A stretch of DNA of 41,455 nt, taken from an uncultured Methanosarcinales archaeon. Lineage in GTDB: Archaea > Nanobdellota > Nanobdellia > Woesearchaeales > CAYPCY01. A program made the translations under genes and the position numbers. Each line of letters starts with the position of its first letter. The stretch's first letter is position 1. The stretch is from the NCBI GenBank assembly GCA_964409385.1, contig CAYPCY010000001.1:1-41455 (forward strand). Reading direction: 5' to 3'. Positions 38,061 to 41,455 of the stretch are shown in pieces. The notes under the pieces were generated by a model. That model was not told where the DNA came from and ran no database searches. It worked only from the letters and a program-made list of their open reading frames with translations.

Positions 38061-38567
38061 TTAAGCCTTATTCAATTTAGTATGAGTTTGATGTGCATGC
38101 TTGTAAAGTAAATGTTCTATTTTATCAGGATTTTTTATATAGTAAAGAGTCAAATCAGGAGCTTTATTTTCTGCAGTGTGAACAATAACATCTCCAGCAT
38201 TACAAATTCTATCCCATACTGATACATCTGTTGTTATGTTTGTTATTCTTGTATATGATACTGAAAACTTTTTTTTAACTAAAAATTTAAACTCACTTGT
38301 TAAATGTGTTTTATAAAAATAATATGTCGTAAATGAAAGTATGAATATTTTATAACTAAGTAACAAAATAGTGAATAAAAATACTATGCTAGCAAGCCAA
38401 AATATTAAAGTTCCAATACTTATTTCAAAGAAACCCATACTTTTAATAATCAATAAAAAGAAAAATAAAACTATTGATATCAATCCTAATTTAATGATAT
38501 ATTTAAGAAATACAAGTAATAATGCATTTATAATATTTGGTTTTATAGTAAACTCTGGTTTTTCCAT
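38061..38567 (-). CDS. membrane protein with bacterial PH (bPH_2-like) domain
   Basis: Two TM helices, then V.Y.RI.NI....S.WDRI...GD..V.TA. Confidence 0.78.
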   Translation of the reverse strand: MEKPEFTIKPNIINALLLVFLKYIIKLGLISIVLFFFLLIIKSMGFFEISIGTLIFWLASIVFLFTILLLSYKIFILSFTTYYFYKTHLTSEFKFLVKKKFSVSYTRITNITTDVSVWDRICNAGDVIVHTAENKAPDLTLYYIKNPDKIEHLLYKHAHQTHTKLNKA

Positions 38568-38617
38568 ATTTTTTCTAGTGAGTTTTTATTTATTAAACCT
38601 TTTATTTTATTATTGAA

Positions 38618-39064
38618 TTATTTCAAAGTATCAGCTATCGCCCCACTTAAAGATGCAGGAAATGAAACTATTACTGTTCTCTTAAATGCTACAATAAAAT
38701 CAGTAGTCCATGGTGTTTTCTGAATTACAGTTAATAATATTGCTACAATCAAAAAAGACAATAAATAAGTTGATATTACTCTTGAAACATAAAATCCCAT
38801 ATAATGATGTAATTTATCTTTATAATAATGAAAATAAGTGAATATAGATATAAAAATAAAAGACAAAATCATCAAAGCCAAAATATTAAATATTGGAAGT
38901 AATTGCCCTAATCTCCAAGTCTCTTCAGTCAATGCTACTGGTATTGCAAGTATTGAAGCTCCAACAAGAACTTGCATCATATCTTTTGCTGTAAATTCTA
39001 CTTTTATATGTTCTGATAATTTATTTAGTATATGTAAATTCTCTCGTTTACTTAACTTCGACAT
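38618..39064 (-). CDS. DUF2391-like membrane protein
   Basis: D.MQVLVGA.ILAIP...TEETW, FPAS..GAIAD. Confidence 0.75.
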   Translation of the reverse strand: MSKLSKRENLHILNKLSEHIKVEFTAKDMMQVLVGASILAIPVALTEETWRLGQLLPIFNILALMILSFIFISIFTYFHYYKDKLHHYMGFYVSRVISTYLLSFLIVAILLTVIQKTPWTTDFIVAFKRTVIVSFPASLSGAIADTLK

Positions 39065-39085
39065 ATATTTAGTTTTCGAAAGATA

Positions 39086-39628
39086 CTATTTAAATTTTTT
39101 GTGAGTTATAAGAACAAGTAATAATATTGTTATAGATACTACTAACGACATAAAGGGCATTGTAATAAATCCTAAATAAGTAAAGTATCTTGCTGTGCAA
39201 TCTACCACTCCTTGCACACAAACGCTTGAAACAGCTCCTAATTGGGTTATATAGTGATATCCTGAAATCAAAATTGAACCAATACTGAAAGGTATTAAAT
39301 AATAAAATGAATCTTTTAATTTTTTTATTAGTGCTATTAATAATATTAATGCTTGTGGGTAAATAAAAATTCTTTGATACCAACATAAATCACAAGGAAT
39401 TAGAAGAAAATACTCAGAATAAATTAAACTTCCTAAAGATGCGGCAAAGGCAAGGAAAAAAGCAAGAAGAATCCCTTTTTTTCTAAAAAACAATAAAATT
39501 CCTGACAATTTTTTTGAACGTAATGTAATAAGAATTATTAAGAGAAAAATAACAATTAAATTTATTATTGTTCCTAAACTCGTCAGTTGATCAAATAATA
39601 CTCTCATTTTTTCAAACAATAGATCCAT
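39086..39628 (-). CDS. disulfide bond formation protein, DsbB/BdbC family
   Basis: GSL.YSE...PCDLCWYQRI..YP, second Cys pair C.....C, GFITMP. Confidence 0.92.
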   Translation of the reverse strand: MDLLFEKMRVLFDQLTSLGTIINLIVIFLLIILITLRSKKLSGILLFFRKKGILLAFFLAFAASLGSLIYSEYFLLIPCDLCWYQRIFIYPQALILLIALIKKLKDSFYYLIPFSIGSILISGYHYITQLGAVSSVCVQGVVDCTARYFTYLGFITMPFMSLVVSITILLLVLITHKKFK

Positions 39629-41455
39629 ATTTAAAATTTTTCCGGTTATAATAACCTACTATAAAATAAATTGTTGAAGTTATTAAAGTAATATAAATCC
39701 AATCAATTATTTGAATGGGAACAGTTCTAAAATAAGTATTTAATGGAGAATATACTACTGTTAATTGTATCATTACAGATATTAATAAAGAAGAAAATAA
39801 AAATTTGTTTTTTCTTATTGAAAATTTGAAATTCTCTGATTTTAATCCTGCCACATTGAATAATTGAAAGAATACTAAAGTGGTAAATGCTATTGTTCTT
39901 CCTTCATCATTAAATCCATAATTCCAATACATAAACAATGTTCCAATGCTTATTATTATACCAACTAATAGAATATGTTTAATCATTTTTTTGTCTATTA
40001 TTGGTTCTCTTTTGTTTCTTGGTTTTGTACTCATTAAGTATTTAGGATACTCATCCAGACTCAATGCAAAACTTGGTAAACCATCAGTAATTAAATTTAT
40101 CATTAGTATCTGAATAGCTATTAATGGCAGGGGCCATCCTAATAGAATTGCGATTAGAATTACTAGGATTTCTCCAGTGTTTGATGGAAGTAAATATTTT
40201 ACAAAATTTTTAATATTATTGTATATTCCTCTTCCGTGATTTATTGCTCTTACTATGCTTGAATAATTATCATCTAACAAGATCATATCTACTGATTCTT
40301 TAGAAACATCTGTTCCTGTAATGCCCATGGCGACTCCAATATCTGCTTTGGCTAATGCAGGCGCATCATTTATTCCATCTCCTGTTACTGCAACAATATT
40401 ACCTGCTTTTCTTAATTCATTTATTATTCTTAATTTGTGATTTGGTGTCACTCTAGCAAAAATATTTATTTTTTTCACTTGGTGCAATAATTCCAGATCA
40501 GACATTATTTCAACTTCATTACCTGTCAATACTCTTTTAAAACCAAGTCCTATCTCTTTAGCTATTGCTATTGCAGTCTGTTTATTATCTCCAGTTATCA
40601 TTATAGTTCTTATTCCTGCATCTTTTGCTTTACTAAGTGATTCTTTTATCTCATCTCTAGGAGGATCAATCATTGCTTGTATTCCTAGAAATATTAGTCC
40701 TGATTCATCATTTCTTGAATCTTTTGATTTGAAAGCAAAAGCTAAAACTCTTAATGCTTGTTTTGAAAATTCTTCTTCTTTTTTTAGAATTTTATTTTTC
40801 TGACTTACTTTTAAATTTTGAACTTTACCATTAACCATTATCCTACTGCATTTTTTCAGTAAGTTTTCTGTTGCCCCCTTAGTTAAAACAATTGTTTCAT
40901 TATGAAACTTGTTTATTGTAGTCATTAGTTTTCTTTCTGAATCAAATTCATATTCGTTTAATCTTATATGTTCTTTGTCAAGAATTTGTTTATTCAACCC
41001 ATATTTTGCTCCTGAAATTAGTAATGCTGCTTCTGTAGGGTCTCCTATTACTTTATCTTTTTGAAAGAAAGAATCATTATTTAGTATTCCGTTTAATAAC
41101 AACATATTAAGAGTTTCACTCCTGTATTCTTTAGTGTTAAAAAGTATTTTTCCTTCTTCAGAATATCCTGTTCCTGTTATTTCAATTTCGGTATTATCAA
41201 CAAAAAGTTTTTTTACTGTCATTTCATTCTTTGTTAAAGTTCCTGTTTTATCAGTACATATTACGTTGGTAGATCCTAATGTTTCTACAGCAGGCATTTT
41301 TCTTATAAGCACATTATTTTTTGCTAATTTATGAACTCCTAATGAGAAAGAGGCAGTTATTGCTGCGGGTAATCCTGATGGAATTCCAGCAACTGCCAAG
41401 GCTACTGCTATTAAGAAATAATTAAGAATTATTTCATTTGTTATACCTATTATAA
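39612..41455 (-). CDS. cation-transporting P-type ATPase (type IIA-like), 5' end outside the window
   Basis: DKTGTLT, GDPTE, KGA, DPPR, TGD, TGDGINDAPAL, SNTGE, NLITDG; frame open to the window edge. Confidence 0.93.
   Translation of the reverse strand, partial: IIGITNEIILNYFLIAVALAVAGIPSGLPAAITASFSLGVHKLAKNNVLIRKMPAVETLGSTNVICTDKTGTLTKNEMTVKKLFVDNTEIEITGTGYSEEGKILFNTKEYRSETLNMLLLNGILNNDSFFQKDKVIGDPTEAALLISGAKYGLNKQILDKEHIRLNEYEFDSERKLMTTINKFHNETIVLTKGATENLLKKCSRIMVNGKVQNLKVSQKNKILKKEEEFSKQALRVLAFAFKSKDSRNDESGLIFLGIQAMIDPPRDEIKESLSKAKDAGIRTIMITGDNKQTAIAIAKEIGLGFKRVLTGNEVEIMSDLELLHQVKKINIFARVTPNHKLRIINELRKAGNIVAVTGDGINDAPALAKADIGVAMGITGTDVSKESVDMILLDDNYSSIVRAINHGRGIYNNIKNFVKYLLPSNTGEILVILIAILLGWPLPLIAIQILMINLITDGLPSFALSLDEYPKYLMSTKPRNKREPIIDKKMIKHILLVGIIISIGTLFMYWNYGFNDEGRTIAFTTLVFFQLFNVAGLKSENFKFSIRKNKFLFSSLLISVMIQLTVVYSPLNTYFRTVPIQIIDWIYITLITSTIYFIVGYYNRKNFKYGSIV

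Overview
AT-rich archaeal chromosomal segment, most consistent with a DPANN (Woesearchaeota-like) genome. This rests on archaeal-type kae1, LonB, rpl35Ae, rpoL, rpl1/P0/P1, TFE, Orc1/Cdc6, PINA, a PAC2 chaperone, TATA boxes close to start codons and GAGGTGA ribosome-binding sites. Most of the window is housekeeping. The centre (about 15.3-17.3 kb) looks like a replication-terminus module. A symmetric 11-6-11 dif-like site (CATTCGTATAA-TGTATA-TTATACGAACA, also 22/24 identical to the loxP core) sits between the TATA box and the ATG of a XerA-type tyrosine recombinase. Five palindromic boxes with an exact 16-bp period follow the gene, then a PadR regulator and a coiled-coil/wHTH gene. Strand compositional skew visibly flips here. 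Other unexplained structure includes two paralogous membrane proteins with unrelated C-terminal domains, a pair of exported-looking helical proteins sharing an amphipathic KKxxFSFLK(K/R) tail, two tRNA-Ser-derived hairpin repeats in tandem before the tRNA, a three-microprotein operon, an attC-like half site at the left edge, and several enzymes with altered catalytic motifs. All calls come from reading the sequence; no searches were run.
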